Below the pieces are notes generated by a model. The model did no database searches. It had not been told where the DNA came from and saw only the letters and a program-made list of their open reading frames with translations. A DNA stretch of 64,000 bases from Felis catus. Lineage: Eukaryota. Every line of letters begins with the position of its first letter. Positions within the stretch are counted from its first letter, which is position 1. The stretch lies in assembly GCF_018350175.1 (NCBI RefSeq), contig NC_058368.1, forward strand, positions 235,664,001 to 235,728,000, read 5' to 3'. The translations under genes were made by a program, and so were the position numbers. Shown piece after piece: positions 13,431 through 26,396 of this stretch.

Positions 13431-13921
13431 CCGAGGTCAAAGAGGTTGCTAACTGTATTCTTCTATAGGATTTTGATGGTTTCCTGTATCACATTTAGGT
13501 CATTCATCCATTTTGAATTTGTTTTTGTGTATGTGTAAGAAAGTGATCCGGGTTCATTCTTCTGTATGTTGCTGTCTAGTTTTCCCAACACCATTTGTTG
13601 AAGAGACTGTTTTCCATTGAATATTCTTTTCTTTTTTGTCGGAGATTAGTTGATTACGTAGTGTAGGCCCATTTCTGCATTTTCTATTCTGTTCTGTTGA
13701 TCTATGTGTCTGTTTTTGTGCCAGTACCATACTGTCTTGATGACTACAGCTTTATAATATAGCTTGAAATCTGGAATTGTGATGCCTCCAGTTTTGTTTT
13801 TCTTTTTCAGGTTTGCTTTGGCTATTCGGGGTATTTTGTGGTTCCATACAAATTTTAGGATTGTTTGTTGTGGCTCTGTGAAAAATGCTGGTGGTATTTT
13901 GATGGGGATTGCATTAAATGT
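13430..13921 (-). mobile_element. L1 ORF2 fragment (FNAIPIKIP to NLFDL region)
   Basis: Reverse complement reads tttaatgcaatccccatcaaaataccaccagcattttt and aagacagtatggtactggcacaaaaacagacac. Confidence 0.9.
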
Positions 13922-14060
13922 GCCACCCAGGCACCCCGAGTTTTCTTTCTTTTTATAGCTCTTCTATTCTCAAAAATAACTAGAAATGACTAGTTCCTGA
14001 CTTTCAGCATAGACAGCATACTTTGTCCCTCTCTTGCTCATTGGACTAAAATTCCTGTGT

Positions 14061-14270
14061 CTATTCGGGGTCTTTTGCGGTTCCATACAAATTTAGGATT
14101 GTTCGTTCTAGCTTTGAGAAGAATGCTGGTGCAATTTTGATTGGGATTGCATTGAATGTTGGGAGGAGTTAATAAACATTGACAATAAATGAACATAAAT
14201 AAATAAACAACAAATAAACATTTGACAATACATTTCATATTAAAAACATAAAAAAAATTAAAAAAACATA
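14061..14270 (+). mobile_element. Short 5'-inverted felid L1 insertion
   Basis: Antisense ORF2 piece 14061-14159 plus sense tail tttgacaatacatttcatattaaaaa; TSD taaaattcc(tg/ca)tgtct. Confidence 0.8.
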
Positions 14271-14342
14271 TAAAATTCCCATGTCTCATCTTTATTATAA
14301 CCCAAGTCAGAGAAAGGCCCATGAGTTTCTTTCTTGAGACTA

Positions 14343-14622
14343 CAGTTGACCCTTGAATAACCTGGGGGCCCGGGGTGCTAACCCCAAACCCCCACAGAGT
14401 CAAAAATCTGCATGTAACTTTTGATTCCCCAAACACGTACCGAATAGCTTACGGTTGACCGGAGACCTTACTGATAAGGCAAACGCTCGACTAACACATA
14501 TTTTACATAGCGTATGTTTTATATATCGCGTTCTTACAATAAAATAAGCGGGAGAAAAGAAAATGTTATTGTGAAAATCATAAGGAAGAGAAAATACATT
14601 TAGGATCCCATGCTGTATTTAC
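14343..14622 (+). mobile_element. TcMar-Tigger2a-like DNA transposon fragment
   Basis: ta|cagttgacccttgaa TIR; gtcaaaaatctgcatgtaacttttga; aaaatcataaggaagagaaaata. Confidence 0.85.
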
Positions 14623-15029
14623 TTGGACTTGGCCGAAAATCTGGCCAAAGGTCGCGGAACTATGAAAACCACTATTTGCGTCCTCGCTTAGGCAAATCTC
14701 AGATGTGTTTTCTGCCGCTGATGGAACGGGCGGCTCTGACCACCAGCCTGGCCTCCGGCCCGAGCGGCGGTACCTCGGGCACGTGCTGTCAGCCGGGGTC
14801 CTCCAGCTTCCCCAACCCGCTCCTCCGCAGTGTTGCTTCTCCAGTGGTCATTATCACCTGTATTGCTTGCTTCCTCATGTTACAAGGTAAACTACAGGCC
14901 AGTAAGGGTTTCTCCCTTTTAGTCACCTGTAGTTTCTGGTAGCTGCCAACTTCCTCGCGCGAGTCAGTTACAAGCTGCCTGAGTGAGTTACCCTTGTCTT
15001 AACGTATTTGATCTTCCAACTGTCCTTTG

Positions 15030-15182
15030 AGGATGTACTGTCGGCCCCACTTTATAGATGGGGAAATGGAGGCACAGTAAGCCTTTTGACTTGCTTTCCC
15101 GAAGTCACAAAGCCAGGAAACTGCCACGTTGGAATCTGCACCCCGGCAGGCAGTCCGAGGTCTGGAGCCCTGCTCTTAAGCA
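15030..15182 (-). mobile_element. MIR fragment
   Basis: cccactttatagatggggaaatggaggcacag core. Confidence 0.7.
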
Positions 15183-15552
15183 GTGTGGCAAGATGCCTAT
15201 GCTTCTCCCAGATCTGAGCGTCCAGGGGACTGTGAGGGACAAGCTTCCTGCCCTCCCTGGAATAGCAGTCCGGTGTGAGAGTCGGATATTAAACCCATAA
15301 CCGCACAAACACGTCTTCCTTGAGAGCCCCGTGATGAATGCCCCTCGAATCCTCTGTCCGGGGCAAGTGCTCTGTGCCCACCCCCTTGTCTACCCGCTGC
15401 AGAAATATCTCCACGCGGGTTTTCCTCGATCCCTTTGAACTCTGGGCAGTTCGGGTGGTCACAAGGGTCCGTGCACATCTTAGACAAAAAGATCACGGCG
15501 GCAACATTTATGTGAACGACCGAGAATATGAAAAATCCCAGAAAAAGTGAAG

Positions 15553-16004
15553 TGTGGTTCATTCATATTCTATGGCTGCCGTAACAAATGGCGACGTGTT
15601 CAGTGGCTTAAAAGGGCACCAGCGTCCTGTAAGATCATTCTGGGGACACATGCGTTGCTGGGCTGAAGTCAAGATGTCTGCGTGGCCGAGTCCTTTCTCC
15701 AGGCTGCAGAGAGGAGGATCCGTTTCCTTGCGGATCCTTTGGAAAGTGGCTCACTCGGCCCCTTCCCCCCACATTCCAAGGCAGCCAAGTAGTGTTGCTG
15801 CTTCCTTTGTTTCCCCTGTGTCTCTAGCTTTGCCCGAGAACGTGTTTTGCTTTTCATGACTCGGGAAATCAGACTAGGTTCACTGTGGTACCCCTGTAAT
15901 TTGAGCCACATCTGCCAAGTCCCTTTGGCATGTCAGGTGACGTATTCACAGGTTCTGGAAATGAAGGTGTGCTCGTTTTTGGGGATTGCGATTCTGCCCA
16001 CAGC
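15553..16004 (-). mobile_element. MaLR LTR (MLT1C/D-like)
   Basis: ggctgccgtaacaaat...gtggcttaaaa; cacatctgccaagtccctttg; tattcacaggttctgga. Confidence 0.75.
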
Positions 16005-16755
16005 ACACGAACATATATTCGAGTTGTCATCTCCCAGGACCTTAAAGTTGTCCCTGAGAATTCAGGTTGAAGAATGCCGGATATGGGGCAGCTGATTCAC
16101 AGGGGGTGGATGATTTATCCACCAGACCATTTCACGGCTTAGGTCTTCTTTTCCCTCGTGACCGCCAAGGCCCAGATCAGTAACCTGCTGGGCGGACTGA
16201 GGTTCCCCCTTTCAAATAACCATTACTTGCATTTTCTGGCCTTTCCAATATCAGAGCTGCCTTCTGGTGCTGAGGAGTCTAAGGTCCAAACACACCTTTC
16301 GTCATCACACGGAAAACCCTATTAACCCTTGAATGCCCCAAAGAGAAAGTTATTCTTTTCTCAAAGAGTTACTCAAAACTTTGGGAGTGGAATGAAATCA
16401 TTTGAAAGGGTCATTTACTTGGCACTTGGTTTCAAACAAGTGCTATTTCATTTTTGTTGTTGTGTATAATCCTATAACCAAGCAAGCCCATGGGTACTTT
16501 CAACCCCCTACTTATACACTGTAGTTTTGTATATTGGGCAAGGCGATAGCTTTTACCTGTGTGAATTTGCTTTTGTTCACGTTAAACAAGAATCGATCCT
16601 GTCGAAATGCATAGCATTGCTGAGCTCAGGAAGAGATTTGCGACTCATACCACCTCCTGCTCACAAAGGGAATACGAAGACGGATTTGTCAAGGTCTTTC
16701 AAATGAGCAGAACTCACGTGGATCAGGGCGGAGGGTAGTTAGGAAGGATGGGGGC

Positions 16756-17069
16756 ATGCTTCGGATTCTGGGTCTCCCTCTCTCTCTGTCCCTGCTCCCC
16801 GCTCAATGCTCTGTCTCTGTCTCCCCAAAATAAATGTTAAAAGTTTTTTTAGGGGCGCCTGGGTGGCGCAGTCGGTTAAGCATCCGACTTCAGCCAGGTC
16901 ACGATCTCACGGTCCGTGAGTTCGAGCCCCGCGTCAGGCTCTGGGCTGATGGCTTGGAGCCTGGAGCCCGTTTCTGATTCTGTGTCTCCCTCTCTCTCTG
17001 CCCCTCCCCCATTCATGCTCTGTCTCTCTCTGTCCCAAAAATAAATAAACGTTGAAAAAATAAATAAAT
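16756..17069 (+). mobile_element. Headless older SINE (16756-16840) with a young felid SINE (16852-17069) in its tail
   Basis: Young head ggggcgcctgggtggcgcagtcgg...cagccaggtcacg; TSD taaaagttttttt. Confidence 0.9.
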
Positions 17070-20000
17070 AAAAGTTTTTTTTAATAATGGCACAGAAAAA
17101 TACTCCTGAGGTAACTTAAATTTTCTGTAAGACGATTCCAGTTGAGTTAACAACGATTTACCTAATGCCTGCTTCGGGAGGCCCTGATGGCTCTTGATAT
17201 GTCAAAGTTTACACAGATGAGGAAAAAGAAGCCCTTGTTCTCCATTAAATCCTGGCGTCGATGGGAAGCCAGATGATGCAAAGATAAGAGTTACAAACCA
17301 AAGGCTGCATGGGCCACTTGAGCCGCACTGAAGCGAGAAAGGCAGTAGGAGCAGAAGACAGGTCCCTAGTGGCTCCTGTGAGTCAGGCTGAAGAGTAACA
17401 AGGGGCCCCTCGGAAAATGGGTAAACTCTTGGCTCTCGGAAGAAATACTCTGAGCCAGAAAGCCAGGGAAAGTGTGTGAGACAGACATCGGGGTGAGGGT
17501 GGAGGGTAGGACGGGTGTTATTTCTCTAGATTCCAAAAAAAGGGCTCATTTTATGACGTTTCTAACATCAGGATTCAGTTTTATTCATTTCTGAAGAGCG
17601 TTTAATGAACATAGATACAGTTTTTATTTACATTTGGCCGATGTTTTTCTTGTGTTATTTCCACAAGGGCACAGATTCACTTCAGGGAGGAACATGAAGA
17701 TTGTTAGTACAATTTACGATGCCCATGGTTCAAGGGGAGCTCCAGAAACGGTTATTTTGCCTCTCCACATCTGTAATTTGCTAGGAAATCATTTTCTGTG
17801 GTTGTTTCTCACTTGTGATTAATCCCAAGTTTTCTTTTCCAGGCTAAAAATACATTTCAGCTATCATATTGAGTCAGGATGCCTCGCTCTCTGTGTCGTA
17901 ACTCAAAGCTCATCTTCTGTTTGCTAAATGCGCTCTGTCGGCACAGCTAGGACGTGGGTTGTGTGTGTGGGAGGGAGGGCGGGGGGAGAAAGAGACTAAA
18001 AGTCCTTATTGCGACAAAATTATGGTCGCAAAATGATAAAAATTAGGGCTTGATCTTAAAAGAGAGGCAGAAGATCGTTCTTAAGCAGGAGTGCAATGTA
18101 AGCTGAGTTGCATTTTCGGAAGACAGTTCTGGAGGCAGAGATCAGGGTCGAGTGTTAGTTCCAGCACGAAACAAACGCCAAGTGGCCGCACTCTAGGGCC
18201 ACGTGGTGGCTCAGCGGCAGTGGCTCGGAGAACAAGACACTCTCCAATACAGAAGCCAAAGGACTTTACGGTCCCCCGAATGGGGCTGTGGCAAAGAGTC
18301 AGCGTCCTTTTTTTCTGTACGCTCGTTGGCTATTATTGTTCACGATTCACCAGGACTAATTTTGTATCTTGAGAATCTGCTTTTCTCTTAGTCCCATGAA
18401 ATTATCGACATTTGATCAGGGTGACGGGGATAAAGCTGAAAATCCCCATAAGATGTGGGGGCTTCAGAGCAGCGTGGTCACAGCTCCGCACATGGAACGT
18501 CAGCCCTGCCCCCACCACCGTGGCCATCAGGCCTCCGATGGTGCTGATGATGGGCTGGCCGATGCCATGTAAGCAAAGAGATGCTCAGCTGTCACGATTC
18601 GGAAATTCTTTTTATTTCTCTGTCTTAGCCTACGTAAGCGTTTCAAGGTTTCAATCAAGTCTGTCTCCGGAAGAAACCCTAACTTCCTTATCTCGCCTAT
18701 ATTAGAATTTTCTCCCACCTCGGAAAGGGTATGACTTGGCCAAAGAATAGTTAAAATTGCCAAATAAGTGATTGGTCTTTAAAAGTAGTTGGTTTTTGAT
18801 ATAAACTCTTTTCCTTTTAATGATCTGTGAATGTAATACCTTGTTAGCTAATTTGGTTACTGGCGGCTGTGTGATTATATAAGATGGGTCTACAAGCCAA
18901 GTTTCATTTTTTTTTAGTGAACATGAAGGGTGTTTTATACTTCTAATAACATTGGAATGAGGAAACTAGAGCCGTAATTATTTTCAGATTTGTTGATTAA
19001 ATGGCCAGGCAATGTGAATGAGTCAGCTCATCTCATAAAAACTAAAATTATAAATTTATTGAAGTAGCTAGTTAAAGGAAAGCACGGGCAAATGGTTTGT
19101 CGTGTACACAGTATTTATCTTAAGATATAATCAAGCATACATTAAATAACTCTATGAATTTAAAAATTTAACTATTAAAGTCATATTCTAGGAAACATTT
19201 AAACAATAAGATGGGATAAGGAACAGCTGCGGGGAATGACGATCGCTCTTTAAGCTTCAAGACGTAAAAAAAAAAAAAAAAGAAGACTCTCCCTAAGTAA
19301 AATAAAACGAAAGGAACAATAGTAGCTTGGAAACATTCGCTTCTGGGTGAAGTCTGGATGGAGAAATACGGTTGAGAGTATATAAAATCGTGTCGGACTC
19401 ATGATAAAAACATCAGGATGCCATTTATCAAATGACAAAGTTATGAAGCGTTTGGTATGAGTTGTAATAAAAACATCTGGGCGCCGATAGGAGACGAAAC
19501 AAGGTCAGCTGTTTATTACAGGCGTCGTAATGCACGCTTAACGCTTCGAAGTCAGTGTGCCGGCATCCGGGCAAGGTCTAACAGATAGCCAAAAACTCTG
19601 AGCGGTTCAAACAGATCTCTTAAGAATTTATACAGCGGAACTGTTTCCCCCGATGCGATGAACCAAGCCTCCCCAGCAGAGTTCCCAAGGTTACCAAACA
19701 ATTCTAAATATTGCAAATAACCAACGGTAGAGGAAAGAGTTGGTTAATTTCTATATAATTATTGATATTACATCTCTTTCCATCAAATATTTGAGATAGA
19801 TTGAAACAAAATAAATAACTGTCATAATAGTAAAACGTGTATACAATTATAAAATTAGAAACAAGAAAGAAAAGGCATATGTAGCCCATACAAGACGTAG
19901 CAATGACTTGTGACGGAATTTTATGTGACACAATGTCTTGTGTCCTGTGAATGAATTTTAAGCCAGGCTTCAGACTCTACTAACATCCTAAGTAGGAAGG

Positions 20001-20551
20001 AACGTAGAAATATGTATAGAATTCTGATTATGAAAAAGGAGAGAAATGTCAAATTCTCAGTGACACAAAGACTTCTTAGTCCTAGACTCCAAAGGAACTT
20101 TCTCATGTAGAATTTTGACATTATGTTGTAAGAAATCATTATGTTACTTCAAATGGAATCTTTTGATGGTCAGACAGGAGCAGACACGGAATAACAGTGC
20201 GGAGAGGCGTGTGGATGTGAAAGAGATTCCTTGGCCCACGCAAGTCCTAGAGAGGATGCCCTAACCCGCTGCGGAGGGAGCACCCAGCAGGTGGGGAGTC
20301 AAGAGCGAGGGCCTTCATGGGAGTCAGGGTGGGGCACACGAGCAGCAACATGGGAGATGTCACCGGGTCACGGAAGGGAAGGGCAAGAAGGCATGGCAGA
20401 GGCTGGCCTTACTCTGGCGATCTGCTCACCTGAGAAGTTGCTCACAGTCTGTTAGTGAGGACAGAAGGAAGACACAAAGTGTTAAGAATTTCTAACACAT
20501 CCTGGAGGACGTGAGCCAGTGTACCAGCTTGGGCTCTTGAGAGCATTTTTT

Positions 20552-20770
20552 ACTCAGTCGGTGAAATGTCTGACTTTGGCTCAGGTCGTGAGCTCACAGT
20601 TCGTGGGTTCGAGCCCCGCGTCGGGCTCTGTGCTAACAGCTCGGAGCCTGGAGCCTGTTTCGGATTCTGTGTCTCCTTCTTTCTCTGCCCCTGCCTCTGC
20701 TTGCTCTCTCTCTCTCTCTCTCTGTCTCAAAAATGAATAAACATAACAAAAAATTTTAAAAAAAAGAAAA
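20552..20770 (+). mobile_element. 5'-truncated Can-SINE
   Basis: ctcagtcgg...gggttcgagccccgcgtcggg...(CT)n and A tail. Confidence 0.9.
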
Positions 20771-21485
20771 CATTTTTACAGCACAATTTTACTGAAAATG
20801 TAATAATAGACACTCATAGCTTTGTCCTGGGTAGCATCCATCAATAAACACAGACAGCAGTCAACTGTAAGTCCGAGTGACCAAAGAGTTACAATCATGT
20901 AGTTCAAATACACACTGGCTGGTTGTCTAACTGGATCCTGATTTAGCAAGCAGAGCATCTAAATGTTGCCCGGACCATGTGTTTGTCCTACAACATCTCA
21001 TGAATTTAACTTTCCTAGATCAGCTCCTCATTCTTGATTTCTGAATGAGAATTAGACCTTAAATTTTCGAAAAGATGGTTGGATGAATGAATAATTTTCT
21101 GCACTGAGATAATGGAATATTTATTAAGATCATTAGGGTTATGGAGACCACATAGAAAATGTGATATATTCGGAAAAACAAATGCCAATTTGTATTTGGG
21201 ATCTACACCAATATAGCAATGAGCAGCTATTGCATAGGCAGACTTCCAAGTGTCCAGCCTTGAGAAAGGGAGGGGTGATATGGGTACCCGTGGCCCTGTT
21301 TCCATCACATACCACACCAGCAGAAGCTTCCACCCATGGAGGGATGGGATAATCCACAAGGGTGCATCAGAGGCACCAGCTCAAGGGTGATACCCTGTAT
21401 TATCACCCAAAATACAGGGTAGGTGCTGAATCGATGACATTTCATGCCCTGTGTCTTTAAGAAATGAAACCATTCTGTTTCTCAT

Positions 21486-21706
21486 TTTAAAGGTTTAAAA
21501 ATGTTTATTATTTATTTTTGAGAGCGAGAGAGACAGAGCACGAGTGGGGGAGGGGCAGAGGGAAAGGGAGACACAGAATCCGAAGCAGACTCCAGGCTCT
21601 GAGCTGTCAGCACAGACCCTGACGCGGGGCTCAAACTCATGAACTGTGAGATCATGACTTGAGCCGACGTCGGATGCTTAACCGACTGAGCCACTCAGGG
21701 GACCCC
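21486..21706 (-). mobile_element. Can-SINE
   Basis: Reverse-complement SINE ending gagccactcaggggacccc. Confidence 0.95.
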
Positions 21707-21837
21707 TGATGAAATCTATCCTATCTCTGTGCCATCGATGGGCATAAATTAAAATATAGATGTGAACACGTTATTACCACCTGTCAGATTGGAAAAAAAA
21801 ATATTGAAAGATTCAAGTAGTTCTCATATAATGGGAT

Positions 21838-21980
21838 ATATCTCTATCATCTCTATCTCTATCTCTATCTCTATCTCTGTCTCTATCTCTATCATCTCTC
21901 TCTATATCTATCTATCTATCTATCTATCTATACAACTCTCTCTCTATATCTATCTATCATCTATCTATCTATCTATCTAT
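21838..21980. repeat. Compound (ATCTCT)n/(ATCT)n microsatellite
   Basis: Direct reading. Confidence 0.95.
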
Positions 21981-22721
21981 ACACATACTCAGTCCCAGGG
22001 GTAAGAGATCGTGTGATTTGAGCAAAGGGGGAGGTGGTTTTCAACCATGGGACTTATTTCAGTTTTTTGTGACTTAATGAAAAGCAAACCTAAAACATCA
22101 AAATGGATAGAATTTTTGCTTTTGTGAAGGAGGCATATACAACGTCTTATTTTTCTGTCCACTGCAATAAATGTGGAGCACATGCGAACTGAGACCTCCT
22201 ACTGAAAAGCTAATTCGGATCCCCTGTTAACACGTGCAGTGGTCTGATGCGTTGGCCCTTTGCGTCCTGCACCTTTTGTATCCCTGGGTTCTTGTGCAGG
22301 GATGGTGAAGGTGTGCACACTTGATCTTGCGGCTGACAAGCCCAGCTGGCTCCTCCTGGAGCTCCCGGGACCTTGTCCTTGAGTCTCAAGCTACTGCAGG
22401 GACCCTGCCTGCCCAGAGTCCTGAGTGCTTGCTCGTGTACTGGGCGATGGTTATACTGTGTTATCTTCTCGTCCAACAGCAAATCCAAGGAGTTGTACCA
22501 ATAATCTAGAAGATCGGAGTTCTAAAAAAACGCATCTCTGCGACCCTTCGGATCAACTGTGGCTAGTGTGCCCCTCCAGGAGGGGCTGGAGGAAGCCCAT
22601 AGGGTTGGGAGCCAACACCAGCAGGACGGTGAAACTCCAGCTGTGGCCCGTCTGTCGCTCCTCCCCAGGTCTGCACTCCACCTCGCAGGGAGGTAATTGC
22701 TGGAAACGAAAACGAAGGTGG

Positions 22722-23100
22722 GTGTTCTCGGTTGGATTGTGTCTGTCCCAAGTCCCCGTGTCAGTGTCCTAAGCCCCAGGACCTGAGAATGTGACTGCTT
22801 TTAAGGAGGTGATCAGGGTAAACCCAGGTCTGGTGGGTGGGTCCCAATCCAGTATGGCTGGTGTCCACAGAGGAAGAGACAATTAGGACACAGACGCAAA
22901 CACAGAGGGGGACGACCGCGCAAGGTCACAGCGAGAAGGTGGCCACCCCACGCCCGGGAAAGAGGCTTCAGAAGAAACCAGACCTTCCAACAACTTAATT
23001 GTGGGCTTGTATCTTCTCCAGAACAGTGAGGAAATGAATTTCTGCTGTTTAAGCCCCCGGGGTGCACTAGTTTGTAACGGCAGCCTCTGGCTGGAAAGGC
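22722..23100 (+). mobile_element. MaLR LTR (MLT1B-like)
   Basis: gaatgtgact, aatccagtatggctggtgtcc, ccagaacagtgaggaaatgaatttctgctgtttaagcc. Confidence 0.8.
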
Positions 23101-24619
23101 AGAATCGAGACTGTTTGTCATACAGGAACGCGGGGAATAGGCACCTGCTGGGCAGGGGGTGGGGGCGGGGGCGGAGCACTGGTCAGGGGACCAGGGTAAG
23201 AGGAGGATGTGAGGACCATCCGAACACATCACACACTTGACAGAATGGCACTTGCAATGACACGCTACGCTCCCCTGACTTTCCCATCTGGCCGCGTGCG
23301 CTCATGTTCTGGCTCCGCACACATTACAAAGGCCCCCGTGCCTCGGTGGCTGCCATCCAGGCTGAGCGAGGGTAGCGTTCGTGTAACACTCCCTCTCCTG
23401 CCCCCTGAGCCGATGCTGTCCTCAGGGGGAGCACGAGAAAGCCCCGGTGTGAGTGACAGACTCACCTTATACCGAAAGCCCATCACGGTTACGATTCCCG
23501 TGGCATAAAAGGTTACCCAAATTTGGCTTTTTTCTGGGGTTTGTAAAAAAGGGAATTCGATTCTCCTCAGTTCTTTCTCAACTTTTCCACCAGTGAATCT
23601 TTCCAAATTCTTCTGGAATCGCTGGTTACGATGATTTTCCAGTCCTTGCAGGATAAAGCCCTGACGTTTTAGCCTGGCATCTAAGGTTGTGCACATTTGG
23701 TCTGAAACAACGGGACGGACACGTGGGGTCCTGCTTCACTCAAGACGTGGCTGGAAGCAGCTCACGTCCCCTGCCGGATGGGCCCGCCATGCATGCTTAG
23801 CACCCCGCCCGGGCCCCTTCCACGAGCCCCTGGGCAAGGACACGGCTTCCGCACCCCGTGTGCGGCTGGACCGCGGGCCTCGTTCTAGGAGCTGGGTTTC
23901 CATCCTGTTCTCCACCCCCCCAACGGCAGCTCCAAGAATGCAGTCCCAGAGTCCGCTGTCAGCATCCAAGTGTGGGGGAGACGGTCTGGGGCCCCAGACC
24001 GAGTGCTCCAAGGCAGCGCCGAGGGGTCCCGGCCCCCAGAGGTGTGTGTGGAGAAAGGAAGCTCAGCCGACCGAGACCCGAACCGATCTTCTGTGTGGCC
24101 AAGGGTGCCGGGGCGCTGGCGGAGCAGAGCATCTGGGGTGCAGGGTGCGGGCCTTTCTGCACGTCCCTCTGGCCTCCCTGCAGGTCCCACATTAGTTCTG
24201 GATGCCTCATGTGGACGATATTAAACAAACAAAGCATGTCCGAAAACCGTGGCCAGGGTGAGCGGCCAGAGGAAGCCTGGGAGAGGGGAGGTGGGGGCTG
24301 AGATCGCACTCAGCTGTTCAGAGAAAGTGAGAACGAGGGAGGGTGCTGGTGGGAGGGTTGACTAGGGCAGCGGCCCTGGGGTCCGTGGAGTCCAAACCCC
24401 ATGACCAGGAACCCCAGTAAGCGGAGCTGGGGCTGCCCAAAGATGGGGAACTCACAGTGCTGGGCACCATTGCTGATGGCTCCCGAGCGTAGCTGTGTGG
24501 CCACTTGGCAGGGGTGATGTGGGGGCAAATGTCAATGTCAGCTTATCCAAACCCCATCAGATAAGGATTTGGTTCCGTGAGATTCCTTACCTCCTTGATT
24601 CGCCTAAGATTTAAAGTGC

Positions 24620-24792
24620 AAGGCGCTCAGTCAGTTGAGCATCCAACTGTTAATTGGTTCAAGTCATAAACCCAGGGCTGTGGGATCGAGCCCCCTTTGC
24701 ACTGAGCGTGGAGCCTGCTGGGAATTCTCTCTCCCTCTCCGTCCCTCTGCCCCTCCCTGACTCACCGTGTCTTTCTAAATAAATAAATAAAT
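24620..24792 (+). mobile_element. Older Can-SINE subfamily
   Basis: ctcagtcagttgagcatcc...gggatcgagccc...gcgtggagcctgct...(aaat)n. Confidence 0.8.
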
Positions 24793-24869
24793 TGACGATA
24801 GACAGATGAATGAATGAACGAGTGAGTGAATAAATAAAGTGCCCACACTGCCCGCCCCCCCCCACCCCA

Positions 24870-25985
24870 GACTCCAAAGGGTCTCCCCTCTGAAATCTTC
24901 CCAGTCTCTACAAAAGGCCCTGCCACCCTCTAGAAACCTCCAAGTCCCATGCTGGTTCTCCAACGTCCTGCATCCACACTCAAGCCATTCCCGTTGATTC
25001 CGCCTCTGAGTGACCACACTCCTTTCCTCTCCCAGGCCACCATCGCGACACTCTGAGTGCAGCGTCGGGGTCCGAACCGTGGCCCTGCCCCTACACCCCT
25101 GCCTCCGCTCCAGGCTCCGGCAGCAGAAGCGCATCTAAGGCGAACCAGACCATGCCGTCCCAGACCAAAGCACTTCTCCTTCCCTTCCCACTGGCTCTAG
25201 GACCAGGCCCGGCATCTCCCCTGGCCCCGCGGCTGCAGGATGAGCTCAGACCCAGCCCCTCATCCCCGTCCCAGGCCACCTTCCAGCCATTCCCCAGTCA
25301 CCGAACACACTGGCTTCCCGCAGGCTCTTGACAAGCCCAGTTCTTCCCTCTCGAGACCCGTGTACTTGGTGTTGACCCTGGAGGGGCACACCTCCCTCCG
25401 CGGGGCCGGGCGGCTTTCTCCCCAGCCGCCAGCTTTGAACGCGCAGGGCCCCAGCCTCCTGCACCACCTGAATGGGGGCAGCCCCTCTATCATCCTCCCC
25501 TGTGTCCCACCCTCCGGGTCTCCCTCTCGTCGCTCCCCACAGCTCATGACTGCTGCCTCCTGGTTTCTTCTGCTGTGGGTGTTTTGCTCCGTCTGGGAAG
25601 GAGCCAGTTCTATGGCGTTCATGAGTCACCCCCCCGACAGGCCAAGCCACCCCTGACCCCATCCCCCGACCTAAGTCACCCTACTGTTCTTGCTTTTGTG
25701 TGTATTTGCTGTTTTTTTTTTAAACACTCAACTCTCCCGGGCGTAATTCTATTGTCATGTCTCCTACCACCCCCACAGCAGAGCTGAAGCTCCGTTAGGG
25801 AATGAGTTATACATTTTTAGCACCGATTCCAGTGTCGGACACACGTCAGGTGCTTAATAAATGCCTGCTGAGTATGTGTTCTCTGAACAGATGGAACAGG
25901 AGGTCCTTTCTAGAACTGAGCCTCATGTCTCCTGGGAACAGGCACCCGGGAAGTATTTAAGTAGGTATCTAATGAATGCAGAAGT
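24870..25985 (+). mobile_element. Decayed L2 fragments with 3' ends near 25870 and 25980
   Basis: ggtgcttaataaatgcctgctgag L2-type terminus; pyrimidine-rich L2-like body. Confidence 0.5.
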
Positions 25986-26316
25986 GGGTGGCCAGACATC
26001 CCCTTAGCTGCCACTAGGGTTTCAAGGATTTTGTGGCAGAGGGGAAGGGATGGAAAATTAGGAGCTGGAAACCCAGTGGTTATATCCTCACCTGGTGTTG
26101 ACTCTGTGAGGTGTTGGAAAAGCCACGAGACACAGCCACACTGCAGCGTCCCACCTTCCACGCGGGATAACGGCATCACGCTGTCCCATGAGACTGGGGG
26201 ATCGTGGGAAACAGGACAAGAGGGTCCTGACTCCCTCGGAAACCCTTTGTCACGGGGGTGATGGCCTTCCGACCATACAGTACATTCAAGTTGGCGTTCT
26301 TGTGTGCCTACTTTTT

Positions 26317-26396
26317 AAAAAATTTACTTATGTATGTGTGTATTTATTTTTATTTTTTAAATAATATGAAAGTTATTGTCAAATTGGTTTCCATAC
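26317..26396 (-). mobile_element. Extremely 5'-truncated felid L1
   Basis: aatatgaaagttattgtcaaattggtttccatac plus T tail; TSD tgtgcct(a/g)cttttt. Confidence 0.85.
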
